Of a stretch of DNA of 64,000 nt, positions 37,001 to 46,093 are shown in pieces (position 1 is the stretch's first letter; every line of letters begins with the position of its first letter). The position numbers and the translations under genes were made by a program. The notes beneath the pieces are model-generated. The model made no database searches. It worked only from the letters and a program-made list of their open reading frames with translations, and was not told the origin of the DNA. The stretch comes from Squalus acanthias (lineage: Eukaryota). The DNA is taken from positions 45,570,001-45,634,000 of the forward strand of contig CM059434.1 in NCBI GenBank assembly GCA_030390025.1, in the 5' to 3' direction.

Positions 37001-39123
37001 GCCTTATCCGAGGAAGGATGTTCTTGCCATGGAGGGAGTGCAGCAAAGATTCACCAGACTGATACCTGGGATGGCAGGAATGACGTATGAAGAGAGATTG
37101 GGTCGATTAGGCTTATATTCGCTAGAGTTTAGAAGAATGAGAGGGGATTGCATTGAAACTTATAAAATTCTAACAGGACTAGACAAACTAGATGCAGGAA
37201 GGATGTTCCCGATGGCGGGGGAGTCCAGAACCAGGGGTCACAGTCTAAGGATAAGGACTAAGCCATTTAGGACTGAGATGAGGAGGAATTTCTTCACCCA
37301 GAGAGGGGTGAGCCTGTGGAATTCTCTACCACACAAGGCAGTGGAGGCCAATTCATTAAATATATTCAAGAAGGAGTTAGATATATTTCTTAAGGCTAAA
37401 GGGATCAAGGGATATGGGAAGAAAGCAGGGACAGGCTACTGAATTTGGATGATCAGCCATGATCTCATTAAATGGCGGAACAGGCTCGAGGGGCCGAATG
37501 GCCTACTCCTGCTCCTATCTTCTATGTTTCTTTTCTTTCTCATGGATATTGATGTTAGGGCTGTATTCCCTGGAATTTAGAAGATTAAGGGGTGATTTGA
37601 TTGAAGTTTTCAAAATATTAAGGGGAACGGATAGGGTAGATAAAGAGAAACTATTTCCGCTGGTTGGGGAATCTAAAAATTAGAGAAGGCCTTTCAGGAG
37701 TGAAGTTAGGAAACACTTCTCCACGCAAAGGGTGGTAGAAGTTTGGAACTCTCTTCTGCAAATGGCAGTTGATGCTCGATCAGTTGTTCATTTTAAATCT
37801 GAGATTAATAGATTTTTGCTAAGCAAAGATATTAAGGGATATGGGGCAAAGGCGGGTATATGGAGTTTGGTCACAGATCAACCATGATCACATTGAATGG
37901 CGGAAGAGGTTCAAGGGGCTAAATGGCCTACTCCTGTTGCTATGTTCCTATGGTAAGCTATTCAAGCACTTTAATACAGTTAGTGGAAGTGGTTATAAAG
38001 TGGTAGGCAAGCTTAGTAGAGGGCATTCTTGGCTGGCTTCTTGTAACTTACCTGACCTGGTGAGGTTATTAAACATTTTGTGGCATGGAGTGACTGTGTG
38101 CGAAATAGTTGAATTCATACTGACTGTCCTACTTATCTCCTGCGGCTCTCCTTTTGTCTGTTCCCAAAGGGTGCTATTTTCATAATTGTTTCAAATTTAA
38201 TAAATATCTCTGATATGGGAAACATTTTTTGCACATATGTGAATAAATTATACCAACAATATAACTTTTAACTATTTTTAAAATGTTACGGTATAGCACT
38301 GTAATCTCATACTTTCATAGTCCCCAATTTGAAAATCAGATTTCCTTCTTATTTCTGCATTCTTGAATATTTTACTTGCTTCCCTCTTCCATGGCCCCAT
38401 CTCCATTATCCCTTCAACTCCAAGTCTACTTAACAAAGACAGGAGGACGGCTGGATGGTCTCTGGCTGCTGCTATGGTCGTTGTTATTTTATTGGCCTCT
38501 CTTCTTGGACATCAAGGCTCGTGATTTATGGAGGGGCATCCGTGACTCTTGGTAAAATGGCTCATCTCTCGTAGAACATTCCATGGCCATGGTGTACGTC
38601 TCCTGATTCCAAGCTTTTAGGCAGGAAATGCCAATTGATGGCTGCGTTCAAATGTCAGAAGTAGCTGGGATTAAAATGAAATGTCCCTAGTCTAGGAGTG
38701 CAGAGCTCTGCTGCTGGAACCAGCAACTTTCCTTGTGCTTTCATTATAAAATCAAATCTATATTTTTGTCACATTATTAAGGGTTTTGCATTATTTATTT
38801 CAAATTTTATTCCAACAGATAATTCTCAGGAGATGTCGGACATAACTTGCCAAACAGAAAATCCTAAAGCTGACCAACCCGTAACTCTTTCCTGCACTGT
38901 TAAAGGAGTCGCCATAGCAGATGCTCACATCACCTGGTACAGAGAAGTTTACCCCATTGAAGATGTGAGCTGTATTGAAAACACAGCATTTGCAACTGGT
39001 AAAGGTTTCACCACTGCACTCACGTATATACCAAGGCAAGAAGATGACAATCGTCTGTTCCAAATTGATGTTACCACTGAGATGGACCCAGTTAGCAGAT
39101 ATTTCAACCTGAAATTAAGTTGA
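12721..39123 (+). CDS. NCR3LG1-like: B7-H6/NCR3LG1-like receptor gene (multi-exon span): IgV-IgC1-TM-(IgC1-like)x6-Tyr micro-exon-IgC1-like; leader exon not located; one exon frameshifted
   Basis: 11 coding exons, each with an AG acceptor; the first ten end in GT donors, all junctions phase 1. V and C1 motifs closely resemble B7-H6 (RPGA...GDASLxLP...GEYxCxVxVTP; GFYP...WEK...NxDGTFNV). Confidence 0.8.
13175..13320 (+). mobile_element. Decayed tRNA-derived SINE
   Basis: A/B-box-like TCATTGGGTTAGC...GGGTTCTAATGC. Confidence 0.4.
14260..15360. repeat. Polypyrimidine minisatellite (TTTCTCCTC(CTC)GTCCCCCCC)n
   Basis: Direct tandem unit of ~18-21 bp; the Pro-rich and GDEEK ORFs are repeat translations. 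Confidence 0.95.
15832..16152 (+). CDS. NCR3LG1-like: Exon: extracellular IgC1 domain
   Basis: cag|CTCAACCA...AAAG|gtatgt, 321 nt; [29 protein letters not shown]. Confidence 0.93.
16322..17150 (-). mobile_element. Rearranged CR1 ORF2 fragments (short + piece at ~16322-16447, then - strand)
   Basis: ORF 16594-16791 GLKADKS...[14 protein letters not shown] matches the CR1 ORF2 elsewhere in the window. Confidence 0.75.
19975..20680 (+). mobile_element. L2-like LINE 3' fragment
   Basis: LADLHWLP...[12 protein letters not shown]...GPKLWNSLP; (GTT)n tail. Confidence 0.85.
21830..21943 (+). CDS. NCR3LG1-like: Exon: transmembrane helix and basic stop-transfer
   Basis: tttcag|AGCCT...AAAG|gtaatg, 114 nt; [38 protein letters not shown]. 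Confidence 0.9.
22126..22857. mobile_element. MITE-like TIR element
   Basis: GGCCTGGAGTTTCCG...CGGAAACTCCTGCCC imperfect inverted termini. Confidence 0.6.
22876..23695 (-). mobile_element. Harbinger-like MITE, family A copy 1 (contains a Penelope tail at ~23104-23198)
   Basis: Perfect TIR GGCCCGTATTTTCCGATC / GATCGGAAAATACGGGCC; homologous to 24284-25032 and 39223-39901 in the opposite orientation. Confidence 0.85.
23811..24250 (+). pseudogene. Exon: first post-TM Ig C1-like domain, disrupted by a 1-nt frameshift
   Basis: ttag|CTACT...GGAG|gtaaat, 440 nt (3n+2). The first half ATPKI...[11 protein letters not shown]...ARTK stops at TAA 24002-04; the second half (...[13 protein letters not shown]...LTIEVQH...TLDVKG) is in another frame. 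Confidence 0.8.
24284..25032 (+). mobile_element. Harbinger-like MITE, family A copy 2
   Basis: Flanked by AAT/AAT duplication; colinear with 39223-39901. Confidence 0.85.
25256..25636 (+). CDS. Exon: post-TM IgC1-like domain 2 (both Cys)
   Basis: aag|TGCCA...AGAG|gtatgt, 381 nt; [20 protein letters not shown]. Confidence 0.88.
26094..26405 (+). CDS. Exon: post-TM IgC1 domain 3 (both Cys)
   Basis: ccag|CCACT...CTGG|gtaagt, 312 nt; [28 protein letters not shown]. Confidence 0.92.
26616..27468 (-). mobile_element. Harbinger-derived Myb/SANT element nested in a larger TIR element (~26478-28168)
   Basis: [15 protein letters not shown]...EVLFP / [28 protein letters not shown] split over two frames. 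Confidence 0.75.
28590..28995 (-). mobile_element. tRNA-derived SINE, decayed
   Basis: Reverse-strand similarity to the SINE at 35815-36003. Confidence 0.5.
29480..29800 (+). CDS. Exon: post-TM IgC1-like domain 4 (F-strand Cys lost)
   Basis: tag|TGTCG...AAAG|gtaaat, 321 nt; [22 protein letters not shown]. Confidence 0.88.
30314..31001. mobile_element. GC-rich MITE-like element
   Basis: GGCCAGAATTTTTAA...TTAATATTCCCC termini; abrupt GC-rich island in an AT-rich intron. Confidence 0.5.
31164..31478 (+). CDS. Exon: post-TM IgC1-like domain 5 (F-strand Cys lost)
   Basis: cag|GAATT...CCAG|gtatgt, 315 nt; [20 protein letters not shown]. Confidence 0.88.
31560..32358 (-). mobile_element. Harbinger-derived Myb/SANT element (same family as 10286-12006)
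   Basis: Very similar text to ~11430-11990; ORF 31797-32147 [12 protein letters not shown]...AWLHIAQ. Confidence 0.75.
32700..33011 (+). CDS. Exon: post-TM IgC1-like domain 6 (B-strand Cys lost)
   Basis: ttcag|CTTTG...AAAG|gtgaat, 312 nt; [24 protein letters not shown]. Confidence 0.88.
33299..33352 (+). CDS. Micro-exon: acidic tyrosine-motif linker [18 protein letters not shown]
   Basis: Polypyrimidine tract, ttcag|AT...GAAG|gtaaag, 54 nt, phase 1-1, open in frame. Confidence 0.75.
34078..34294. mobile_element. Short MITE (GGGGGNGAAATT family)
   Basis: GGGGGGAAATTCGGT...ACCGAATTTTGCCCCC inverted termini. Confidence 0.7.
35815..36003 (+). mobile_element. tRNA-derived SINE 5' part, interrupted by CR1
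   Basis: A-box TGGATCAGTGGT and B-box GGTTCAAGATCC. Confidence 0.6.
36004..37530 (+). mobile_element. 5'-truncated CR1 LINE with an uninterrupted 473-aa RT ORF
   Basis: [23 protein letters not shown]1 3'UTR and tail; start nearly identical to 63422-64000. Confidence 0.95.
37551..37952 (+). mobile_element. CR1 3' fragment (second subfamily)
   Basis: [20 protein letters not shown]; tail CTATGTTCCTATG. Confidence 0.85.
38819..39123 (+). CDS. Terminal exon: degenerate Ig domain 7 (F-strand Cys lost), stop TGA
   Basis: acag|ATAAT; [19 protein letters not shown], ...FNLKLS*. Confidence 0.82.
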
Positions 39124-39222
39124 GTTGGTGTGGCACTTTCTGGGTCAGTAAGCAATGAGTTTGGTTTTGATATAGAAGATGGGAGCAACTTCCCTATTTG
39201 AACCCCTCTCATCATGTACATT

Positions 39223-39901
39223 GGGCCGGATATTCCGATCCCTACGGGTGTGTACCCACCTGTAGGAACATTGGAAATGCCGGTTTCAGGCATGCACTGC
39301 GCATGCGCTGGAAACCGGCATTTCCGATCTGTCAAGAAAGCTCTTGACAGATCCTCCAGCTGCCCTGGAGAAGGGCCTCTGCGGGTGGAGAGTTACGCTT
39401 TTTGGAGACCCTCCGCCCACAGAAAACACTTACAATTCTTGCGCCTGGTAAAAGCAGGCGTAAGGCCTGCTTTTACCAGGATAAGAGTTGAAAAAAGTTT
39501 TTTTTTAATTTCCACTGATTTATCATTTAAAAATACTTTAAAGAAAGGTAAGTTTATTTTTAGCCCTGTTAAAAACTTTTTTTCAAAAATTTAAATTTTT
39601 GTTTCAAATAGTTAATTTATGTAATTTCAAGTCATTTTAAAAATGTGATGTTTTTTTTAAATTTATTTGAAGTTTTACTATGTTTTGGGGGTGATCGCCA
39701 TTCATATAATTGACAGGTATGAAGGGAGATTCCCTTCTCTGATTGGCTCCCCATGGCCCACGTGATCCCAGGGACGCTGCGAACCGCATGTACACCGGCA
39801 GTTTGGAGAGGCCCAGCAGTGGAACCCTCAGGTAAGGGCGCAGATTTTTCCAGATCGCAGCCCTCTGCCCGCGGGAGGCCTGCGATCGGAAAATACGGGC
39901 C
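39223..39901 (+). mobile_element. Harbinger-like MITE, family A copy 3 (in the presumed 3'UTR)
   Basis: ATT/ATT duplication; TIR ...TTCCGATC / GATCGGAAAATACGGGCC. Confidence 0.85.
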
Positions 39902-41336
39902 ATTATATTAGAATGTTATCCATCTGAATGAGTGAATGAAATGATTTATGGTCAACTTCAGTTTTATTTTTATATTTTATTACCTATGATATGAGTTTCT
40001 TTTTCTGATTATCCTGGATCTTCGTAACATATATCACTTTTATCCAAGTTATATTAATGATACAGTATTTTTGTTTCACCTTCGTTCATTTCAATAATTA
40101 GAGGAATGATTATAAACAATGGTGGAAAGCCATTGAGTAGTTACTGTATATAGAAACTGTTTGAAAGAATTAGCTAAAAGACAGGCCTTCAAAGCCACTC
40201 TTTGATAAAATAGAACGACTGTTCTGCAGTGAATGAAAGAGAGGGACAAATGTAATCTTTTAGTGTGAAGGGAGAGCAGAGAGAGACGAGTGGCTGCTAA
40301 ATGCAGCTATAGTTTGTTATGCAGACTGTGTAGGGTGAGATAGAAGTGAGAAGGGAAAAAGAAGGTAAGTTGTGAAGAGACCATGCGTGATATCTCCTCC
40401 ATTGTTGCCACTCGCCACGGTCATGACTCGCCCCCTGCCTGTGATATCCAGCATGTCCGCCTCGAGTGGGGAGAGGGTGTGCAGGTGGTCTCTGGCGTCT
40501 CCGTCGCCATCTTCTGCCTGATTTGTGTGCAACTTTCTCCTGCAAGAAAAAAAGCGAGTGTGTTAGTGACAGCCACAATATTCCCGGCATGGTCGAATAG
40601 TACATGTTCTGTGCAAGGTGTGAGTAAGTGAGGGTTGCAATAGTGGTGAGAGTAGGAGGAGGAAGGTGGAGTGGTGCAGTGATTGTAGGAGAGTGAAGAG
40701 AAGTGGGGGAGGAGAGTTAGTGTGGCTGTAGGTATGAGGAGAGAACTGTTAAGATCCCGGTTGAGGCCATCCCCACGCCTCCACTACTCGCCTTCAAACA
40801 GCCGCCTTACCTCAAAAGTACCATCGTTCGCAGCAACGCCATGTTCTTCGCAGCCTTCAACATGTCATCGATGACGACGAACACCTCGCTAAGGCCATCC
40901 CCACGCCTCCACTACTCGCCTTCAAACAGCCGCCTAACCTCAAAAGCACTCAACCGGGATCTTGGGTTCATGTCACGCTACATGTAACCCCACCTGACGT
41001 AGAGTCATCCAGACGCGAGTTGTCGTTGGCTTGTTCACAGATGTGATTCCCCGTAAAAAAGTAAAAATTTTCCCACTAAAAAAGTAAAAATTTTAAAGCT
41101 TTTCGTTTTACATACAGACGGCAGCTTTTGACACGTTAGACCCCCTGCGACTCCACCTCATTGTCTCAGTTGTATCTTGCTATGTCTTTGATGTGGTACC
41201 TTCCTGGCTGACCTGATTAACTTTATCACACCTCGGCAGATAGTCAGGATGATTTAATTTAGTTGTCTGCAATTGTAAAGTACACATGCTTTGTTCTCTA
41301 TCTATATATGCTTTGGCGATTCTGTATCTATTTACT

Positions 41337-41378
41337 TCACCTGAGGAAGGGGCAATCGATAGCTCCGAAAGCTTGTGA
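41337..41378 (+). ncRNA. Minimal hammerhead ribozyme motif (Penelope-type)
   Basis: TCAC-CTGAGGA-A-GGGGC/GCTCC stem-GAAA-GC-TT-GTGA. Confidence 0.65.
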
Positions 41379-41463
41379 TTTCAAATAAAACTGTTGGACT
41401 ATAACCTGGTGTTGTGCGACCTCTCAATTTTATATATGCTGTGCCCATTTGTATTTCTTCACT

Positions 41464-41501
41464 TCACCTGACGAAGGAGCAGCCGCTCCGAAAGCTTGTG
41501 A
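41464..41501 (+). ncRNA. Minimal hammerhead ribozyme motif (Penelope-type)
   Basis: TCAC-CTGACGA-A-GGAGC/GCTCC stem-GAAA-GC-TT-GTGA. Confidence 0.7.
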
Positions 41502-42910
41502 TTTCAAATAAAGCTGTTGGACTATAACCTGGTGTTGTGCGACTTCTCACTTTTGTCCACCCCAGTCCAACACCGGCATCTCCGCATCATGAGATAAATT
41601 TAACAGACTCGGTGATGCTGGAGATTTTCATTAAAACTGCAATTGAACATCCAGCCCAATGTCATTACAATATGTGCCTGCGCCTTTTTTTTTAGTTCTA
41701 ACCGTGGGTGACAATTCCATTTAATATTTTATCCTTTTCATAATCTATTAACATTAATAAGTAATGCATATGTGCTTTGGAACAATTAGATGCAGCAGTT
41801 GACAGTTGTGGGTTAGATCTTGTTGGCATAAGGAAATGGATTAATTCAGCTTCTGAAAGGTGTTCATGTTTAGTTCATTCAGTATAGGGAAAAAATGTGG
41901 CTGGTATTGTAGCCAGTTCCTGCAGCAAGAACGCATTCAATTTAAATGATACCAACATTAAAGGGTCAAACAGCTGTACTGTAAAGGCAGTTTTGTGAAA
42001 TTAACCAATCATAAGAAACTGACCAAACTTCGTATCCCAGTATAACGTGAGAAACCAACGAGGCTTTTAAAATGAATTTGTAATACACGCTCTGGATAAA
42101 CAGGATAAGAACCACAGACACGACTCCTTTTACTTCATGAATATGCTAACCAAGGAATTGGCTGGAACAATCAAACCACACTATGGCATGTGTTTGTGTA
42201 AATTCAGCTGACTATCCTGTCCAGTGAAACTCCTTGGTCCAGCTGTTAACCAGACTTACAATTGGTTCCACCGAGTCTGGAATGGCTCCCTCATCTTTTG
42301 CAAATGTTAATACCAGAATTGTCGTTGGATTGAAACCCATTCACTAACCTTTCAAACTGATGATAAGCAAGGAAGTGTCTAATCAAGATGTGTGATAATG
42401 GTCGAACATCAAACAGGATGAAGCCATTTCTTTTTGTATTGTATGGTTTGAAATCGAACAGAATGGCAGGAAGACAAGATTAAGATGGTACAATCAAAAG
42501 GGGAAGGGTTTGCGTCAATCTAGTGTCACGGGTTTTGATCTTTTGTATTATAAAAGGGTGTGTTTAGAAACGGGTGCAACTTGCAAGGAAACTGCGGACG
42601 AATTTGATCGCCCGTACAGATGGAAACATACTGCTCCACATGATCGCCGGGGTGAGTGGTGTTTGAAATTAAAGAGTTAAAGGGAACGGTGTATGTTAGT
42701 ATTGTTTGGAGTTATAAGGGGACAGTGCATTAACATTTGTATGTTATTTGTAGTACAATAAATAGTTAAAGACATACTGAGTTGTACTGAGTTTGTGAGC
42801 CTTGACCATTTTACTCCACCCGGAAGGAGTTCAAGTCAGGATTCTGGAATTATAAGACGGGTGGTGCGGGTTCACCTACCTATAGATTAAAATTCGATAT
42901 AGGGAAAAAA

Positions 42911-44015
42911 TGTGATTGGTATCATTGGAGAGAGAGAGACAGATTTCACTTAGCAACAGCTGGTGTTTGCAACCAACCAGCTGTGGATATTCTCAGAATC
43001 GAATGTTTAGATTAGAAATACTGGGGGTGAAATTGGGTGCCTTTGCGCCGTCCGTTTCAAGGGCGCTAACGGGGCACAAATGGCTTTGCGACCGGGTGCG
43101 GCGCTGACATCGACTCCCGCCATATTTGGCGGGAGCTTTGAGGCGACACTACAACTTTGGGCACCGATCTCCTTCGCCCAGAGATTGTGACGTCATCGCC
43201 CAGTAGCGCCCCGGTCCCAAAATTGACTTCCACCCCCTGCAGAAGCGCCGGTTAAAAACACCGACTGCTGCAGGAGTACATTGGGCGGGCGGCCTCTTCG
43301 GGGGTAATGATTAAAGGTGAGGTTAACAAAAAACTTATCTTGTTCCATTTTCTTCGTGGGTTCCTGCCCGCGATCGATCAGCCCGGCACTCTGCTTGGTT
43401 GAGCTGCCTTGGTGGTCCAGGTAGGTACTTTTTATATGGCAGAGCCTGCAGCGATGGCCCTTCCCTTTAAGGGAGGGAAGAAGCCTTTGAACATTGTAGC
43501 GCTGCTGAAGTCTCCACCCCACCTGCTGCCGAGCACAAACGGCGATTTTTTCAAAAGTTTGATATTGTTAGCGCCCGGCACTAACTTTTAAAAATTAGCG
43601 CCCCCAACGGGGCGACAGTGAATTTCTCCCCCATTATGTTAGGATAAGAAAGTCTAGAGACCAGAAGGTTTATGCTTACCACAGCAAGGTCACGATATTT
43701 TTATATGCTTTTAACGTTGTTGACGTATGTTGAAGAAAATGCAGACTTGTGTCTCTGGACTATGCAGTAGCCAGAGACTACCATATTAGGTAATGCTTGC
43801 TCCAGTTTGATAAGAAAAAGGTGTATATATGTAAGCTTTTTCCTTTATTCAAGCAGCACGAAAGGACCCTTGCCTAGGTTCGTGTGGTCTATCTGTGACT
43901 GTACTCCGCTTGTAAATTGCTTTCTATGCCGAATTTAAAGAATAAAATGATTACAACCAAAAGACTGAACTCGTTACTAGTCAAGTGAACAACAGAACTC
44001 TGTTTTAAGTCAACA
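42911..44015 (+). mobile_element. Putative retroviral LTR (interrupted by MITE 43023-43632)
   Basis: TG...CA ends, TATA-like ~43824, AATAAA 43941; preceded by purine tract AGGGAAAAAA and followed by a PBS-like sequence. The 5' boundary is uncertain because no second LTR is visible. Confidence 0.55.
43023..43632. mobile_element. MITE (GGGGGNGAAATT family)
   Basis: GGGGGTGAAATT...AATTTCTCCCCC. Confidence 0.75.
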
Positions 44016-44016
44016 T

Positions 44017-44034
44017 TGTCGAGCCAGGCACGGT
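44017..44034 (+). promoter_or_regulatory. Putative primer-binding site (tRNA-Arg-like, degenerate)
   Basis: TGTCGAGCCAGGCA directly after ...CAACA-T resembles TGGCGAGCCAGCCA, the complement of a tRNA-Arg 3' end. Confidence 0.5.
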
Positions 44035-45117
44035 CTGAACCTGCAGCTTTTTGTTCTGATAACCGGGGAGGTGATGCCAAACTCAGTCAAATGCTGCCTT
44101 GATGTCAAGGACAGTCACTCTCACCTCACCTCTGGAATTCAGCTCCTTTGTCCTTATGTCATAAGGTCGGGAGCCGAGTGGTCTTGGTGAAACCCAAACT
44201 GGGCATCAGTGAGCAGGTTTGTGGTGAGTAAGTGCCGCTTGATAGCACTTTCTATCACTTTGCTGATGATTGAGAGTAGACTGATGGGGTGGTAATTTGC
44301 CGGATTGAATTTGTCCTTTTTGTGGACAGGACATACCTGGGCAGTTTTCCACATTGTCAGATAGATGCCAGTGTTGTAGCTGTACTGGAACAGCTTGGCT
44401 AGAGGCGCGGCTAGTTCTGGAGTACAAGTCTTCAGCACGATAGCCGGGATGTTGTCGGGGCCCATAGCCTTTGGTGTATCCAGTGTGCTCAGCCATTCCT
44501 TGATATCACGTGGAGTGAATCGAATTGGCTGAAGACTGGCTTCTGTGATGGTGGGGACCTCAGGAGTAGGCCGATATGGATCATCCACTTGGCACTTCTG
44601 GCTGAGGATAGTTGCAAATGCTTCAGCCTTGTCGTTTGCACTCATGTGCTGGGGTCCACCATCATTGATGATGGGGATATTCATGGAGCCTCCTCTTCCC
44701 GTTAGTTGTTTAATGATCCACCACCATTCATGACTGGATGTGGCAGGACTTTGATCTGATCCGTTGATTGTGGGATCGCTTAGCCCTGTCTATAGCATGC
44801 TGCTTCCGCTTTTTAGCGTGCATGTAGTCCTGTGTTGCAGCTTCCCTATGAACAACAGGCTGTTGCTTGACTAGTCTGTGGGACAGCTCTCCCAATTTTG
44901 GCACAAGTCCCCAGATGTTGGTGAGGAGGACTTTGCAGGGTCGACTGGGCTGGGTGTGCCGTTGCTGTGTCCATAGTCAGTGCCGAGTGGTCCATCCGGT
45001 TTTGTAGCGGTTGGTTACAACTGAGTGACTTGCTACGCCATTTAAGTATTGCTGTGGGTCTGAAGTCATATATAGGCAAGGACGACCGATTTCCTTCGCT
45101 AAAGGACATTAGTGAAC

Positions 45118-45795
45118 AGCAATTTACTTGTACTTCCTGCAATTTAGTATACTGTATTCGCTGCTCACGATGTGGTCTCTTCTACATTGGGGAGACCAAA
45201 CGCAGATTGGGTGACCGCTTTGCGGAACACCTCCGTTCAGTCCGTAAGGGGGACCCCGAGCTCCCGGTCGCCTGTCACTTTAATTCACCGCTTCACTCCC
45301 ACTCTGACCTCACCGTCCTCGGCCTATTACACTGTTCCACGGAAGCGCAGCGTAAGCTCGAGGAACAGCACCTCATCTTTCGTTTCGGCACGCTACAGCC
45401 CTCTGGACTCAATATCGAGTTCAACAATTTTAGATCATAAACTCAGCCCCTATCACATTTATATTTTATTTTTTCATCAACCCTTTTGTTTGCCCCCCCC
45501 TTTTTTTTCCCTCCTAGAAGCTGGCAGCTGTCCTTCATTCTGCCAGTGCATTTCACACTTCTTTTAGCCTCAACCTGTCATATTAACACCACCTCTTACC
45601 TTGATCATCTCGTGATCTCTCCTTTTGTTCTTTCATCCCCTCCCCTTTTTCCCAGCTTTATCCTTGCCTTAAATCTATTCCATTTCCTGCTATTTCCAGT
45701 TCTGACGAAAGGTCTTCGACCTGAAACGTTAACTCTGTTTCTCTCTCCACGGATGCTGCCTCGCCTGCTGAGTTTTTCCAGCATTTTCTGTTGTT
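45118..45795 (+). mobile_element. 5'-truncated Penelope-like element (GIY-YIG endonuclease) with a 10-bp TSD
   Basis: NLVYCIRCSRCGLFYIGETKR...RFAEH...GLNIEF; ATTAGTGAAC at 45108-45117 and 45796-45805. Confidence 0.92.
45698..45734 (+). ncRNA. Minimal hammerhead ribozyme motif
   Basis: AGTT-CTGACGA-A-AGGTC/GACCT-GAAA-CG-TT-AACT. Confidence 0.7.
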
Positions 45796-46093
45796 ATTAG
45801 TGAACCAGATGGGTTTTTACGACAATCCAATAGTTTCATGGTCACCATTACTGATACTAGCTTTTTATTCCAGATTTATTTAATTAACTGAATTTAAATT
45901 CCCCAGCAGCCTTGGTGAGATTTGAATTCACAGTTTCTGGATCATCAGTCCAGGATTTCTCGCTTGGCTAGCCCAGTGACATTACCACTACGCTACCATT
46001 TCCATAAGTGAGGAGATTGGAGACTGATCACCTCCAATAGAGGTCGAGTCCAAGAAGGAGAGGGCCGAATAGAAAACAGCTGTAACAATAAAA

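Larger units (their letters stand above)
40751..41590 (+). mobile_element. Internally deleted Penelope-like element with tandem terminal repeats
   Basis: Encodes remnants LRSLQHVIDDDEHLAKAIPTPPLLAFKQPPNLK and ...LNRDLGFMSRYM*; two tandem terminal repeats ~127 bp apart, each with a hammerhead core. Confidence 0.75.
44075..46003 (-). mobile_element. CR1/L2-group LINE inserted in the retroviral leader
   Basis: ORF 44154-44684 (KAMGPDNIPAIVLKTC...NYHPISLL) is homologous to 9143-9664. Confidence 0.85.

Noticed and set aside
12721-39123. Immunoglobulin (IgNAR/IgW), TCR or tapasin locus
   Set aside because: The V exon is complete through the G strand, with no RSS or J segments seen; TM follows V-C1; motifs match B7-H6 better
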